Shown in pieces: positions 1 to 10,753 of a stretch of DNA of 64,000 nucleotides (its first letter is position 1; every line of letters starts with the position of its first letter). This DNA is from an uncultured Planctomycetales bacterium. Lineage in GTDB: Bacteria; Omnitrophota; Gorgyraeia; Gygaellales; Profunditerraquicolaceae. The notes under the pieces are model-generated. The model worked only from the letters and a program-made list of their open reading frames with translations. It did not search any database and was not told the DNA's origin. The translations under genes were made by a program, and so were the position numbers. The stretch is taken from the NCBI GenBank assembly GCA_964579435.1, contig CAZOGI010000010.1, positions 23,583 to 87,582 on the forward strand. The letters are read 5' to 3'.

Positions 1-39
1 CCAAAGGCCGGCCGGTTTTTATCGTGAAGGAATCCTCCC

Positions 40-774
40 TTGAGCGCTAAAATCCTTCCCAAAGTAGTCATCCTCTGCGGCGGACAGGGCAAGAGACTGC
101 GCCCCCTGACCCAGAAACTCCCCAAGCCCCTGATCAAGCTCCACGACAAGCCGGTTCTGGAGCACATCATCGAGTTTTACTGGAAACGGGGATTCAAGGA
201 CTTCGTGCTGCTAGTCGGGTTCAACGCAGCCGCAATCAGGCGTTTCGTCGTGCGCTTGAAGCTGCCGGTCAGGATCGAACTTTCCGACGCGGGTGAAAAG
301 GCGGGGATCCTGGAACGCATCTACCGGGCGCGCGGACTGTTCGGGGACCGCGCGATCATCACCTACGGCGACACCTTCATCGACGTGGATATCGCAGCGA
401 TGCTCAAACGCCACCTTGCCCGAAAGCCTCTGGCGACGATCACCATCGCCGACATCCGCAGCCCCTTCGGACTGGTATCGCTGGACAGACAATCCCGTAT
501 TCGATCATTCGACGAGAAACCCCTGCAGCCATTCTACATCGGACATATGATCCTGGAAAAAACGGCCCTGCGGCGCCTTGACCGGCGAACGGTCAGCCTG
601 CCGGACGGGGAGGGGCTGGTCCGTTTCTTCAAACAGCTTATCCGCGGCAAGCATATTGACGCCTTCAAGCACGCAGGCCTGCAGATCACCTTCAACACGA
701 TGCAGGAATACCGCAAAGCCCAGACCGCATTCCTTCAATTCTACACCCAACGTGAGGAGAACGAAAGACCATGA
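40..774 (+). CDS. sugar-1-phosphate nucleotidyltransferase (NTP_transferase fold)
   Basis: 244-aa ORF with TTG start. N-terminal VVILCGGQGKRLRPLTQKLPKPL pyrophosphorylase signature. Stop overlaps the next start (ATGA at 771-774). Confidence 0.8.
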   Translation: MSAKILPKVVILCGGQGKRLRPLTQKLPKPLIKLHDKPVLEHIIEFYWKRGFKDFVLLVGFNAAAIRRFVVRLKLPVRIELSDAGEKAGILERIYRARGLFGDRAIITYGDTFIDVDIAAMLKRHLARKPLATITIADIRSPFGLVSLDRQSRIRSFDEKPLQPFYIGHMILEKTALRRLDRRTVSLPDGEGLVRFFKQLIRGKHIDAFKHAGLQITFNTMQEYRKAQTAFLQFYTQREENERP

Positions 775-1751
775 GCACCCTCAAGGGAAAACGAATCCTG
801 GTAACCGGAGGCAGCGGATTCATCGCTTCGCATCTGGTCAAGCGGCTCCTCGGCGAGGGCGCGCGCGTCGCGATCCTCACCAAATACAACAGCGTCATCG
901 ATAACGTGCGCCTCAGCGGCGTCTGGAGCCGGATACTGCCGCTGGAGGCGGACCTGCGCAACGGCGACTCCCTGGAGAAGGTGCGCGCGCTGCGGCCCCA
1001 GATCGTCTATCACTTCGCCGCCTACAACCACGTCGGCGACAGCTTCGAAAACGTCGCCGAGGCTATCGACTCAAACTCCAAAGGAACCGTCAACCTCATG
1101 CAGGCCTACGGCGGTTACGAGCGCTTCGTCTACATCTCTTCTTCCGAGATTTACGGGTTCCAGAAGACGGTTCCCTTCAAGGAAACGATGACGCCGTTTC
1201 CGACCTCCCCCTACGCGGTCGGCAAATACTCCGGAGAACTCTATGCGCGCATGGTCCGGCACGTCTTTAAAAAACCGGTGGTCGTCCTGCGTCCGTTCAA
1301 TGCCTTCGGCCCCTACCAGAGCCCGCGCGCGATCATCGCCGAGCTTATCCTCAAGGCCCTGCGCGGGGAGGAGATCGTCACCACCAAAGGCATCCAGACC
1401 CGCGATTTCAACTTCGTCGAAAACCTCGTCGACGGATTCATCCTCGCCGCACAGAAAGACGCGGCGATCGGGGAGGTCATCAACATCGGCTCGGGCCGGG
1501 AGATCACTATCCGCGACCTGGTGACACTGGTCCACTCCCTCAGCGGCTCCCGCTCGAAGCTCTCGATCGGCAAACTCCCGTACCGGCCGACCGAGATCTG
1601 GCGCATGCAGGCTGACGCAAGAAAAGCGAAAAAGATCCTCGGCTGGTCACCGCGGGTGAACCTCGAAGAAGGGCTGCAGCGCACCATCGCCTGGTTCCGG
1701 GATTTCGTCGCGCTCTATACGCAGGAAGATTCCCCCCTCAACCAGTTATGA
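771..1751 (+). CDS. NAD-dependent sugar epimerase/dehydratase (extended SDR)
   Basis: 326 aa. Rossmann motif ILVTGGSGFIASHL and catalytic YAVGK (YxxxK). ATGA coupling at both ends. Confidence 0.85.
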   Translation: MSTLKGKRILVTGGSGFIASHLVKRLLGEGARVAILTKYNSVIDNVRLSGVWSRILPLEADLRNGDSLEKVRALRPQIVYHFAAYNHVGDSFENVAEAIDSNSKGTVNLMQAYGGYERFVYISSSEIYGFQKTVPFKETMTPFPTSPYAVGKYSGELYARMVRHVFKKPVVVLRPFNAFGPYQSPRAIIAELILKALRGEEIVTTKGIQTRDFNFVENLVDGFILAAQKDAAIGEVINIGSGREITIRDLVTLVHSLSGSRSKLSIGKLPYRPTEIWRMQADARKAKKILGWSPRVNLEEGLQRTIAWFRDFVALYTQEDSPLNQL

Positions 1752-2596
1752 GCAAAGATCGGCGCAAGATACTGGTGACCGGGGCGCAAGGCTTTTTGGG
1801 CACACACCTCCTCAAGGCCCTGCGCGACGGCGGGCTCATTCCCTTTCAGTACGAGGGGGACGTGCGTCTCATCCACACCCTGCGCGCGCATTTCCCCGCG
1901 GTCTGCCATCTCGCAGGTTTCACGAAGACAAGCCCCTGCGTCTCCGAGCGGCTGCTGTTTGACTCCAACGTCACCGGCACCGCCAGCGTGATGCTCTACT
2001 GCGCGAGGGAAAACGCGCGCTGCGTATTCGCCTCGTCGGCTGCCGTGTATGAGCCGAAACCTATACTCCGGCGGATCAAAGAGGAAGACGCACTCGCCCC
2101 GGTTTCTGCCTATGGGATCAGCAAGCTGCTGGCGGAAAACATCTGCGCCCAATTCGCCCAGAGCGCCGGCGTCGCGACCGTTGCCCTGAGGATCTTCAAC
2201 CTTTACGGGCCGGGACAGAAGATGCCGTTTCTCGTCCCGTCCCTGCTGGATGCGCTCTCCCGGAACAAACCGGCGGACCTGGCCACCCCCGCAGCCATGC
2301 GCGATTTCGTGCATGTCCAGGATGTCTGTGCGGCGTTCGTGGCTGCCTGCGGGATAAAAACTTCAGGTTTCCTGGCCCTGAACGTCGGCACCTCCCAGGG
2401 CCACTCGGTCGAAGAAGTTGCCCGCCTGGCGGCGCAGATCCTGAAAGTGAAACCGCGGTTGCGACGCGATCCCCGGCGCAGAAAAGAACGGGACTTCGTC
2501 ATCGCTGAAACACGCGCCATCAGAAGAACGCTTGGCTGGAAACCATCCGTGCTTTTGCGCGCCGGGCTGGAACAGACAGCACAAACAGTATCCTAA
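1748..2596 (+). CDS. NAD-dependent sugar epimerase/reductase (extended SDR)
   Basis: 282 aa. ILVTGAQGFLGTHL Rossmann motif and SAYGISK YxxxK motif. Confidence 0.8.
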   Translation: MSKDRRKILVTGAQGFLGTHLLKALRDGGLIPFQYEGDVRLIHTLRAHFPAVCHLAGFTKTSPCVSERLLFDSNVTGTASVMLYCARENARCVFASSAAVYEPKPILRRIKEEDALAPVSAYGISKLLAENICAQFAQSAGVATVALRIFNLYGPGQKMPFLVPSLLDALSRNKPADLATPAAMRDFVHVQDVCAAFVAACGIKTSGFLALNVGTSQGHSVEEVARLAAQILKVKPRLRRDPRRRKERDFVIAETRAIRRTLGWKPSVLLRAGLEQTAQTVS

Positions 2597-2601
2597 CCCA
2601 T

Positions 2602-3315
2602 ATGCAAAAATCGACCATCGATCCGGCGCTGCGCCGGCACATCGAATCAGTAGGGGGCAAATACCGCCAGCTCACCGATACCCCCAGCTTCCGCTACTAC
2701 CTGAAGCGCCGGACCCGGCTGATGCAGGAACTTTTATGCCCCCGTATCAACGCCTCAACCGTTATACTGGACCTGGGCAGCGGCAACGGCGACTACCTGC
2801 AGACACTGCCGGGGCGCAAAAAACTCATCTGCCTGGATTTGTCTTTCAACGCCCTCAAGGCAAGCCGCAACGAAGCCGAAGATACCGTGCCGCTGAATGC
2901 CGACGTCCTGCGCCTGCCCCTGCAGGACGGCTGCATCGACGCGATCCTGCTCTTCGGCATGCTCCACCACGCCCCCGACCACCTGGCGCAGATATTCCGG
3001 GAGCTGGCGCGCGTCCTGCGCGCAGGCGGCATCGTGCTTATCGACGAGCCGAACGGCTACAACCTCTTCTGGTTCCTCTTCATGAAACTCAACGAGATAG
3101 ACCGCATCGGCGCCCGGCCCCTCTTTGCCCATACCCTCAAGAGATGCGCGCGACACAGCGGCCTGACCTTGAAAAGCTCCTCCTTCTGGGGCCTGGTTCC
3201 GCCGTTTTTGAAAGGAGAGTCGGGCGTGCTTTTTTTCGAACGGCTCTCCCGGGCGCTTGAGCGCACCCCGCTGGCCTTTGTCTGCACGCGCCTGACCATG
3301 GTGCTGGAGAAGTAA
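2602..3315 (+). CDS. class I SAM-dependent methyltransferase
   Basis: 237 aa. Motif I VILDLGSGNGDY, plus downstream LRAGGIVLIDEPN typical of Methyltransf_11-like enzymes. Confidence 0.8.
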   Translation: MQKSTIDPALRRHIESVGGKYRQLTDTPSFRYYLKRRTRLMQELLCPRINASTVILDLGSGNGDYLQTLPGRKKLICLDLSFNALKASRNEAEDTVPLNADVLRLPLQDGCIDAILLFGMLHHAPDHLAQIFRELARVLRAGGIVLIDEPNGYNLFWFLFMKLNEIDRIGARPLFAHTLKRCARHSGLTLKSSSFWGLVPPFLKGESGVLFFERLSRALERTPLAFVCTRLTMVLEK

Positions 3316-3317
3316 CC

Positions 3318-5156
3318 GTGCGCCCACTCATTCCCCGGCTGATACTCTGCGCGGCGCTGGCCTTTCCGGCGCTCCTGAGCGTTCCGGCGATCACCAGCCA
3401 TATCGATGATCCCAATGCGATCGTCTACTTCAACAACGACGAAGGCTACCTCATGGACCTGGTCTGGCACTATTACTCCGGGGAAAAACGCGCCAGTTAC
3501 CAGGCGGATTTCGATTACGGGCTGCAGCTGCTCTACCTCTCCGACGCCGCGAAGCTCTTCCTGCCGGCACACATCCGATTGAGCCCCGGATCGTTCGTCC
3601 TCTTCCTGCGCTGGCTCCACCTGTGCGCCTGGATCGCCTGCATCGCACTGCTCTACCGGATCATGGCGAAGCAGTTCAACTCTGAGGCTGCGGCAGCCGC
3701 GGCCGCAGCGCTCCTTGCGGTGCGGCCGGCATTCGCCTATTTTTCGATGAACCTCAAGCCCGAACCACTCGTCTTGCTCTTTACACTCCTGGGACTCTTT
3801 TTCTGCCTGCGCATTCTTCATGAAAAACCCCTGCCGAACATGCTGCTCTCGTGCGCATTCGCGTCCCTGGCGTTCCTGACCAAGTACGCCGGGGCGCTGC
3901 TCTTGCCGGCGATAGTCTGCGCGCTGTACCTGCGCCAGCGGACGGACCGTTCGACGCCGCGCCTGCGCGTCAGCACATTGCTGCCTTCTCTTTTCGGTCT
4001 GGCGCTTGTGGGGATCATACTCTTCCTCGTCACCGGCTACGTCCGCAAATCAACCGGCACGACCTGGGCGCAGGAATACGGGATAGGCCACTGCCTTTTC
4101 GCCGAACGCGCTTTCAGCCTCCCTTTTGCCTTAGCCATACTGCTGATACTCGTTCCGCTCATCGCCGCGCTGCTCAAGCGTATCCGTCACCCGCCTATCG
4201 AGCGTCTGGTCAAAGAAGGAGAGAGGCTCGAGGCCGCTGCGCTTCCGGTCTGCGCCGCCTTTGCTGCCTTCAGCACGATTTTCGGGATTCGCTGGCTTTT
4301 CAATCCCCGGCATTTCGTAACCACCTACGCCTTCCTGGGCTCATCCGCCACATCCTCTCGCCACCTCAGCGCACTCACGGGCAACGCCTCGATCGCGGTT
4401 GAGTTCCTGAAGAATGCGCTTGAGCAGATCGTTGCCCTCGACCCCTTCCTGTGCCTGGGACTGCTGGCGTACGCTTACGCCGAATACAGAACCGTTTGCC
4501 GCCTCAACGCCGCAGCGGACCGCTTTGCGGCACACCAACGCCTCGTGCTCGTCGTTTTTCTCTTGCCCGGGCTGGCCCTGGCCTTCTCGATGCTGCGCAT
4601 GGCGCAACACCACCTGCTCGCCTACACGGCGGTCATGATCGTACTGACCCTGCAGGCGATCCCGCTCCTTGCCGGGTTCCTGCGTCCGCCGAAGCTGCGT
4701 ACGGCCCTCGCCGTCCTTTTGTGCGCGGGGATAATCCTTGATCTGTCGATCAACGGCTCGATCGTCATCGCCCAACGCAGGAGATATCTCCTGCAAAGTC
4801 ACGACGTGGCTTTCCGGGTCAAAGACTGGTTCCTGCGCACCATCCCCAGAAACGCGCGGATCGTCGCCGACCATCCGACGCGCGTCTATGTGCCCGATGG
4901 ATACACGGCTATACGCCATTTCATCGGTTATCAGGATGACCGGGTCGAGCAGCTCCGAAGCCTGGTTGAGCTTGTGAAGCCGGAGTTTATCTATTATAAT
5001 AGAGGTCCCAGCGGCGGGGAACCGATCCCGGCGCTCGAGCGGATACTTCCGGAAGCACCCTACCGGCTTATCAAGCTTTTTAAAGACGATACCGGACCCT
5101 TCCAGCGCAGGGAGGGCGACGAATTCGCGCTGTACCAAAGGACCGTCAAACAGTAA
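3318..5156 (+). CDS. polytopic membrane protein, probable GT-C type (ArnT/PMT_2-like) glycosyltransferase
   Basis: 612 aa. GTG start 2 nt after the previous stop, behind a GGAGAAG SD. About 10 or more hydrophobic helices, acidic first-loop motif NNDEGY, C-terminal soluble domain. Confidence 0.55.
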   Translation: MRPLIPRLILCAALAFPALLSVPAITSHIDDPNAIVYFNNDEGYLMDLVWHYYSGEKRASYQADFDYGLQLLYLSDAAKLFLPAHIRLSPGSFVLFLRWLHLCAWIACIALLYRIMAKQFNSEAAAAAAAALLAVRPAFAYFSMNLKPEPLVLLFTLLGLFFCLRILHEKPLPNMLLSCAFASLAFLTKYAGALLLPAIVCALYLRQRTDRSTPRLRVSTLLPSLFGLALVGIILFLVTGYVRKSTGTTWAQEYGIGHCLFAERAFSLPFALAILLILVPLIAALLKRIRHPPIERLVKEGERLEAAALPVCAAFAAFSTIFGIRWLFNPRHFVTTYAFLGSSATSSRHLSALTGNASIAVEFLKNALEQIVALDPFLCLGLLAYAYAEYRTVCRLNAAADRFAAHQRLVLVVFLLPGLALAFSMLRMAQHHLLAYTAVMIVLTLQAIPLLAGFLRPPKLRTALAVLLCAGIILDLSINGSIVIAQRRRYLLQSHDVAFRVKDWFLRTIPRNARIVADHPTRVYVPDGYTAIRHFIGYQDDRVEQLRSLVELVKPEFIYYNRGPSGGEPIPALERILPEAPYRLIKLFKDDTGPFQRREGDEFALYQRTVKQ

Positions 5157-5167
5157 GGGAGAGACCG

Positions 5168-5965
5168 ATGAAGGCAGCAGCCAATATCCCGGCCATCATT
5201 CTCTGCGGCGGCAAGGGAGAGCGCATGCGGGAAGAGACCGAGATCAAGCCCAAACCGATGGTTGAGATCGGCGGAAAACCGATCCTCTGGCACATCATGA
5301 AATATTACTCTCATTTCGGAATGAGTTCGTTTATCCTGGCCCTTGGCTATAAGGGCGACCTCATCAAAAAGTACTTTTTCGACTATCGACTGCTCTGCAG
5401 CGACCTGACGATCTCACTCGACCCGAAGGTCCCGGCGCATATCCGCTCCCTTTCGACCGAAACCCACTGGGAGATCACCTGCGCCGATACCGGAGAAAAT
5501 ACGCTTAAAGGCGGCAGGATCAAACGGCTGGAACCGTACCTGAAGAACGAGCTCTTCCTTTTGACCTACGGCGACGGGCTGTGCACGGTCGACATCAAAA
5601 AACTCCTGGCGTTCCACCGTTCCCACGGCAAAATCGGCACCGTCACCGCCGTGCGTCCGCCGTCGCGCTTCGGCGAGATACTGCTCTCGGGAGACCGGGT
5701 CAGGGAATTCGAGGAGAAACCGCAGCTGACCAGCGGTTACATCAACGGCGGATTTTTCGTCTTCAAGCGCGAATTCCTCGAATACCTCACCGCCGAGGAA
5801 ACCTGCGATCTTGAATTCGGCGCCTTGCAGCAACTGGCCCGGGACAAACAGCTCATGGCCTACCGGCACGACGGATACTGGCAGTGCATGGACACGATCC
5901 GCGACCGGGACTACCTCAACAAACTCTGGGAGACAGAGACACCTCCCTGGAAGGTATGGAAATGA
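5168..5965 (+). CDS. rfbF: glucose-1-phosphate cytidylyltransferase
   Basis: 265 aa, full length. AIILCGGKGERMREETEIKPKPMVEIGGKPILWHIMKYYSHFG is the characteristic RfbF N-terminus. Confidence 0.9.
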   Translation: MKAAANIPAIILCGGKGERMREETEIKPKPMVEIGGKPILWHIMKYYSHFGMSSFILALGYKGDLIKKYFFDYRLLCSDLTISLDPKVPAHIRSLSTETHWEITCADTGENTLKGGRIKRLEPYLKNELFLLTYGDGLCTVDIKKLLAFHRSHGKIGTVTAVRPPSRFGEILLSGDRVREFEEKPQLTSGYINGGFFVFKREFLEYLTAEETCDLEFGALQQLARDKQLMAYRHDGYWQCMDTIRDRDYLNKLWETETPPWKVWK

Positions 5966-7029
5966 CCCCGTCCGCTCAAAGAACGGTCCTGGTGACCGGG
6001 AACCTTGGCTACATCGGTCCGGTAATGGTCAAAACTCTCAAGGAAAACGGATACCGGGTCGTGGGGCTGGATACCGGCTGGTTCGGCGATTGCGACTTCT
6101 TCAGGCTCCCGCCGGCGTACCTGCCGGACCGACAGATCCGCAAGGACGTACGCCGCGCCGGCCCCGAAGACGTAGCCGGGATAGATGCGATCGTGCATCT
6201 GGCGGCGCTCTCCAACGACCCCCTCGGGGAGCTCAACCCCATTCTGACCGACGAGATCAACCGGCAGGCGAGCGTACGCCTGGCGCGGATCGCCAAGGAA
6301 GCGGGGACGCAGCGCTTCATCTTCGCCTCATCCTGCAGCGTCTACGGCATCATGGACTCCGACGCGCCCATCGATGAGAGCGGACAGCTCAACCCCCTCA
6401 CCGCGTACGCGAAGGCAAAGGTCGGCGCAGAGGAGGAATTGCGCGCGCTGGCCGATGACTCCTTTCACCCGGTCTTCCTGCGCAACGCCACCGTGTACGG
6501 CGTTTCGCCCCGGTTACGCCTGGACCTGGTCGTCAACAACCTCTGCGCCGTCGGCTTTCTCACCAAGGAGCTGCTTATCCTCAGCGACGGCACGCCCTGG
6601 CGTCCGTTGGTGCACATCGAGGATTTCTGCGCCGCATTCGCCGCCGCCCTGCAGGCGCCGGCGGAACAGATCCATGCCCAGGCATTCAACGTGGGCACGG
6701 ACGCGGGAAATTACCGGGTGAGCGAAATCGCCGAGGCTATACGCCTGCAGCTGCCGGGTGCGACCGTACGCATCTCCCGCACCAGCTCTCCCGACGAACG
6801 CAGTTATCGCGTCAGTTTCTCCAAGATACGCTCGAGACTGCCCGGGTTCAAACCGTGCCGCGACCTGCGCCAGGGCATCGCCGAGATCCTGCAGGCGTAC
6901 GCGCAGCAACGCCTCTGCCCAGACGATTTCCAGGGAAAACAGTTCTTCCGCCTGCGCGCGCTCAAGGCCCTCATTGAGACAGGCTCGCTGGATGAGCGGT
7001 TATATCAAACCATAAGGAGCTCACGATGA
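5956..7029 (+). CDS. NAD-dependent sugar epimerase/dehydratase (extended SDR)
   Basis: Track ORF 5884-7029 trimmed to in-frame ATG 5956; ATG 5962 is an alternative that forms an ATGA overlap with the rfbF stop. TVLVTGNLGYIGPV Rossmann motif and YAKAK YxxxK motif. Confidence 0.8.
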   Translation: MEMTPSAQRTVLVTGNLGYIGPVMVKTLKENGYRVVGLDTGWFGDCDFFRLPPAYLPDRQIRKDVRRAGPEDVAGIDAIVHLAALSNDPLGELNPILTDEINRQASVRLARIAKEAGTQRFIFASSCSVYGIMDSDAPIDESGQLNPLTAYAKAKVGAEEELRALADDSFHPVFLRNATVYGVSPRLRLDLVVNNLCAVGFLTKELLILSDGTPWRPLVHIEDFCAAFAAALQAPAEQIHAQAFNVGTDAGNYRVSEIAEAIRLQLPGATVRISRTSSPDERSYRVSFSKIRSRLPGFKPCRDLRQGIAEILQAYAQQRLCPDDFQGKQFFRLRALKALIETGSLDERLYQTIRSSR

Positions 7030-7475
7030 TCGACGGAGTTCAGGTCATTCCCTTGAAAAAAATATGCGACGAACGCGGCATGATCATGCACATGCTCAAA
7101 AAAACCGATCCGCACTTCGAGCAGTTCGGCGAGATATATTTCGCCACCGCTTATCCCGGGGTGGTCAAAGGCTGGCACGAGCATACCCGTCAGGTACAGA
7201 TGTACGCCTGTATCGTCGGCATGATCAAACTGGTCCTCTACGACAACCGGCCGAAATCGCCGACGATTCGGCAACTGGCGGAGCTCTTCATCGGAGAGGA
7301 CAACTACCAGCTCGTGCGCATCCCCACCGGCGTCATCAACGGCTGGAAGAACATCGGCACCGATACCGCGATCCTGGCGAACTGCTCCAGCCTGCCTCAT
7401 GAGCAGGACGAGATGCTGCGCTATGACCCGCACGGGGAAACCGTGCCGTACCGCTGGGAACGGGCCGACCGCTGA
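7026..7475 (+). CDS. cupin-fold sugar-nucleotide 3,5-epimerase-like protein (RmlC-related)
   Basis: 149 aa. GVVKGWHEH and IPTGVINGW beta-barrel motifs. Sits between an SDR gene and an RmlD-like gene. Confidence 0.6.
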   Translation: MIDGVQVIPLKKICDERGMIMHMLKKTDPHFEQFGEIYFATAYPGVVKGWHEHTRQVQMYACIVGMIKLVLYDNRPKSPTIRQLAELFIGEDNYQLVRIPTGVINGWKNIGTDTAILANCSSLPHEQDEMLRYDPHGETVPYRWERADR

Positions 7476-7478
7476 GCC

Positions 7479-8369
7479 ATGATCAAAACCTATGCGTTGG
7501 TGATCGGGGCAAACGGTCTTATCGGACGGCAGGTTGGCAGGCTCCTGGGGGAGGAGTCCAAGAGCTGGCAGGGAACGGTGCGCAGCCGGCCGGAAGAGCG
7601 CCTGCGGCAACTGGACCTCACCGACTCCGTGGCTACCGAACGGCTCCTGTACGAACTGATGCCGGAGGGGGTATACCTATGCGCGAACCTTGCCGGAGGG
7701 GTCGACTTCTGCGAACGCACCCCCGAGGCCGGCAGGGCCTTCTACGTCGAAGGCACCCGCACGATCGCCCTGGCCTGCAAACGTCTTGGCTGCTGGCTGG
7801 GGTTCATCTCGACGGACTATGTCTTCGACGGGCAGGCCGGCCCCTACCGCGAAGAGGATGCGACGCACCCCCTGAACAAATACGGGGAGTTCAAGCTCGA
7901 GGCAGAGGATATCATCCGGCAGACCCTGCAGCGTTACTCGATCGTGCGCACCACCAACGTCTACGGATGGGACCCGCTCACCGTGACCCCGAATTTCATG
8001 ATGCAACTCTACCGCAGCATCTCTCAGGACAAACCCTTTCGCGCCGCCAGCTACCTCTGGGGAAACCCGACCTACGCGGCGGACCTGGCTGCGGCCCTGA
8101 TCGAGCTGCAGGAGAAAAGAGGCTACGGGACCTTTCACGTCGTGGGCCCGACCTTCATTAACCGCTACGATTGGGCCCTGAAGGCATGTGCCGCCTGGGG
8201 TTTCAACACCTCGCTCATCGAAGAAGCTCGCGAGATTCCTCCGGGAATGGTAGCGCGGCCCCTGAAAGCCCCGCTTTCCTGCGAACGGTTCCAGACAAAC
8301 TACCGCACGCGCCTGATGCCGCTGGAGGAAGGGCTGCTGCGCATGAAGGATACGATGGGCGGACGATGA
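7479..8369 (+). CDS. RmlD-family NAD(P)-dependent 4-keto-sugar reductase
   Basis: 296 aa. VIGANGLIGRQ Rossmann motif, STDYVFDG, and NKYGEFK (YxxxK). Confidence 0.8.
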   Translation: MIKTYALVIGANGLIGRQVGRLLGEESKSWQGTVRSRPEERLRQLDLTDSVATERLLYELMPEGVYLCANLAGGVDFCERTPEAGRAFYVEGTRTIALACKRLGCWLGFISTDYVFDGQAGPYREEDATHPLNKYGEFKLEAEDIIRQTLQRYSIVRTTNVYGWDPLTVTPNFMMQLYRSISQDKPFRAASYLWGNPTYAADLAAALIELQEKRGYGTFHVVGPTFINRYDWALKACAAWGFNTSLIEEAREIPPGMVARPLKAPLSCERFQTNYRTRLMPLEEGLLRMKDTMGGR

Positions 8370-9289
8370 ACAAACCGTTTTTCAGCGTGATCATCTCCAC
8401 ATACAACCGCGCGGCGGTTCTGCCCCGGGCGATCGCCAGCGTCCTCGACCAGACCGAGAAGGATTTGGAGCTCATCATCATCGACAACGGCTCAACCGAC
8501 TCCACCCCGCAGACGCTCGCCCAAATCAAGGATCCGCGCATCATCGCCCTGCGCAACCCCGTTTCCACCGGCTCCTGCGACGGGCCGCGCAACCTCGGCA
8601 TAGAGAAAGCCCGCGGCGCTTACACCTCTTTTCTCGACGATGACGACCTCTGGTACCCCGAGAAACTCGCCAAGACCCGCGCCGCGATCGAGCGCCATCC
8701 CGGGATAGACGTCGTCGCTCATTACGAGAACAGGCGCGTCAACGGGATCTTAAGCGGATTGATCCGGCACGAAGCAGAACCGGACCAACTCTTTGAAACC
8801 CTGCTCTACGATACCAACTGCCTTTCGCCCTGCGCCATCTCTTTGCGCACGCCGCTGCTGCGAGAACTGAAAGGGTTTGACCTGCGCCCGGAGTTCGCCG
8901 CGGCAGCGGATTACGATTTCTGGCTGCGCATGGCAAAACGGGGGGTGAGCATCCATTTCATAAAGGAGGCGCTGGGGGAATTCAACCAGAACGCAGAAAA
9001 CGGCAGCGTCACCGACGGCCGCTTCGATGCCAAGATCGCCTGGCTCATCGAATACCACATCCGTCTTTACGAGCACAGACGTTTCCCCCGGTATTCCGCC
9101 CGGGCCCTCAACCGGCTCTTCGTCCTCAACCTGATCGCCGCGCGCTCGTTTTTTTGCCGCCGCGCGATCGGCTCGGCGCTGCGCCACGCGACCAAGGCGG
9201 CGGCCTGCCTCATCTTCGAACCGCTGATGCCCAACCGCATACCGAAAGAGAAAAACCCATGCCCCGGCATGAACGCATCGCCCTCATAG
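8366..9289 (+). CDS. glycosyltransferase family 2
   Basis: Track ORF 8171-9289 trimmed to ATG 8366 (ATGA with the upstream stop). FFSVIISTYNRAAVLPRAI...LELIIIDNGSTD, with the DxD motif present as FLDDDD. Confidence 0.85.
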   Translation: MNKPFFSVIISTYNRAAVLPRAIASVLDQTEKDLELIIIDNGSTDSTPQTLAQIKDPRIIALRNPVSTGSCDGPRNLGIEKARGAYTSFLDDDDLWYPEKLAKTRAAIERHPGIDVVAHYENRRVNGILSGLIRHEAEPDQLFETLLYDTNCLSPCAISLRTPLLRELKGFDLRPEFAAAADYDFWLRMAKRGVSIHFIKEALGEFNQNAENGSVTDGRFDAKIAWLIEYHIRLYEHRRFPRYSARALNRLFVLNLIAARSFFCRRAIGSALRHATKAAACLIFEPLMPNRIPKEKNPCPGMNASPS

Positions 9290-10227
9290 GAGGGGCCGGT
9301 TTCATCGGCGTCTCCCTCGCAGAGCGTCTGGTCGCGGACCAGCGCGTCCTGATCATCGACAACCTCCACCGCAACGCCCTGCACAAAAATCCCTTACGGC
9401 GCAACAGGAACCTGCGGCTGATCAAGGCCGACATCCTGAAGCCACGGACCTTCGCCCCGCACCTGCGCGGCGTCAATACGATCGTGCACCTGGCATCGAT
9501 CGCGGGAGTAGATACCGTCATCTCCCATCCGGTCAAGACCATGGAGGTCGCCCTGATCGGAACCTATAATGTCCTGAAGGCGATCAAAGATCCCGGGACC
9601 CTGCGGCGGTTCGTCTTTTTCTCGACAAGCGAGATCTACGGCCCGCAGGCGGAACAGGTCAAAGAGACCGACCCGGCGACGATCGGCCCGGTTTCGCAGC
9701 CGCGCTGGACCTACGCGGCGGCAAAGTACGCCGCCGAGCACCTGGTCATGAACTGGGCGCGCCAGAACCGGGCGGATGCGCTCACCGTCCGGCCGTTCAA
9801 TGTCTTCGGCCCGCGACAGGTGGGGATCGGCGCCATCCACACCTTTATCCGCCGCGCCCTCGCCGGGCAAGACCTCCTGCTCAACAACGCCGGAACGTCC
9901 GTGCGCTCCTGGTGTTACATCGACGATTTTATCGACGGGCTCCTGCGCTGCCTGAGCGTCAAAGAGGCAAACGGATATGCCTTTAACCTGGGCAATCCCG
10001 ACAATACCGTCCGGACGCGCTCGCTCGCAGAGACGATCGTGGCGTTGACCGGGTCAAAGAGCCGGATACTGAAAACCCCGCAGGCCGGGGTCGACGTGCG
10101 CACACGTATCCCGGATATCACCCTGGCAAAGAGCATCCTGGGGTACTGCCCGCGCATTGACCTGGAGACCGGCCTCAAACGCACGATCGAGTGGTACCGC
10201 AGGCAGAAAGACGAAGGCAGGCCATGA
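9259..10227 (+). CDS. NAD-dependent sugar epimerase/dehydratase (extended SDR)
   Basis: Track ORF 9154-10227 trimmed to ATG 9259. [14 protein letters not shown] Rossmann motif and YAAAK YxxxK motif. Confidence 0.8.
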   Translation: MPRHERIALIGGAGFIGVSLAERLVADQRVLIIDNLHRNALHKNPLRRNRNLRLIKADILKPRTFAPHLRGVNTIVHLASIAGVDTVISHPVKTMEVALIGTYNVLKAIKDPGTLRRFVFFSTSEIYGPQAEQVKETDPATIGPVSQPRWTYAAAKYAAEHLVMNWARQNRADALTVRPFNVFGPRQVGIGAIHTFIRRALAGQDLLLNNAGTSVRSWCYIDDFIDGLLRCLSVKEANGYAFNLGNPDNTVRTRSLAETIVALTGSKSRILKTPQAGVDVRTRIPDITLAKSILGYCPRIDLETGLKRTIEWYRRQKDEGRP

Positions 10228-10748
10228 ATTCCCGACCGTTCAGATCCCACGGAAACGGCACCTTCAAGCGCGCGGACTTCGCCGCGCTGGGTAAGAACGT
10301 CATTTTCGAAAAGGGAGTGCTGGTCTTTCATCCCGGAACGATCCGCATCGAAGATAACGTCTACATCGGCCACAGCACGATCCTCAAAGGCTATCATCAG
10401 AACACCCTAAAGATCGGCAGCGGCACCTGGATCGGCCAGCAGTGCTTCCTGCACAGCGCCGGAGGCCTGCGCATCGGCAGGAACGTCGGCATCGGCCCCG
10501 CGGTCAGGATCTTGACGTCTTCCCACAGCGCCGAGCCGCGGGGCATCCCCATACTGCAGACGCCGCTCATTTTCAGAGCGGTCGTGATCGAAGACGACGG
10601 CGATATCGGGACGGGAGCGATCATTTTGCCCGGGGTTTCCATCGGCCGCGGCGCCCTTATCGGGGCCGGCAGTGTCGTCACCAGGGACATACCCGCATAC
10701 AGCGTCGCCGCGGGTGTCCCGGCCCGCGTCAAGCGCAAACGAACTTGA
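10224..10748 (+). CDS. hexapeptide-repeat (left-handed beta-helix) O-acetyltransferase
   Basis: Trimmed to ATG 10224 (ATGA overlap). Tandem hexapeptide units, e.g. [25 protein letters not shown]. Confidence 0.8.
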   Translation: MNSRPFRSHGNGTFKRADFAALGKNVIFEKGVLVFHPGTIRIEDNVYIGHSTILKGYHQNTLKIGSGTWIGQQCFLHSAGGLRIGRNVGIGPAVRILTSSHSAEPRGIPILQTPLIFRAVVIEDDGDIGTGAIILPGVSIGRGALIGAGSVVTRDIPAYSVAAGVPARVKRKRT

Positions 10749-10753
10749 ATACC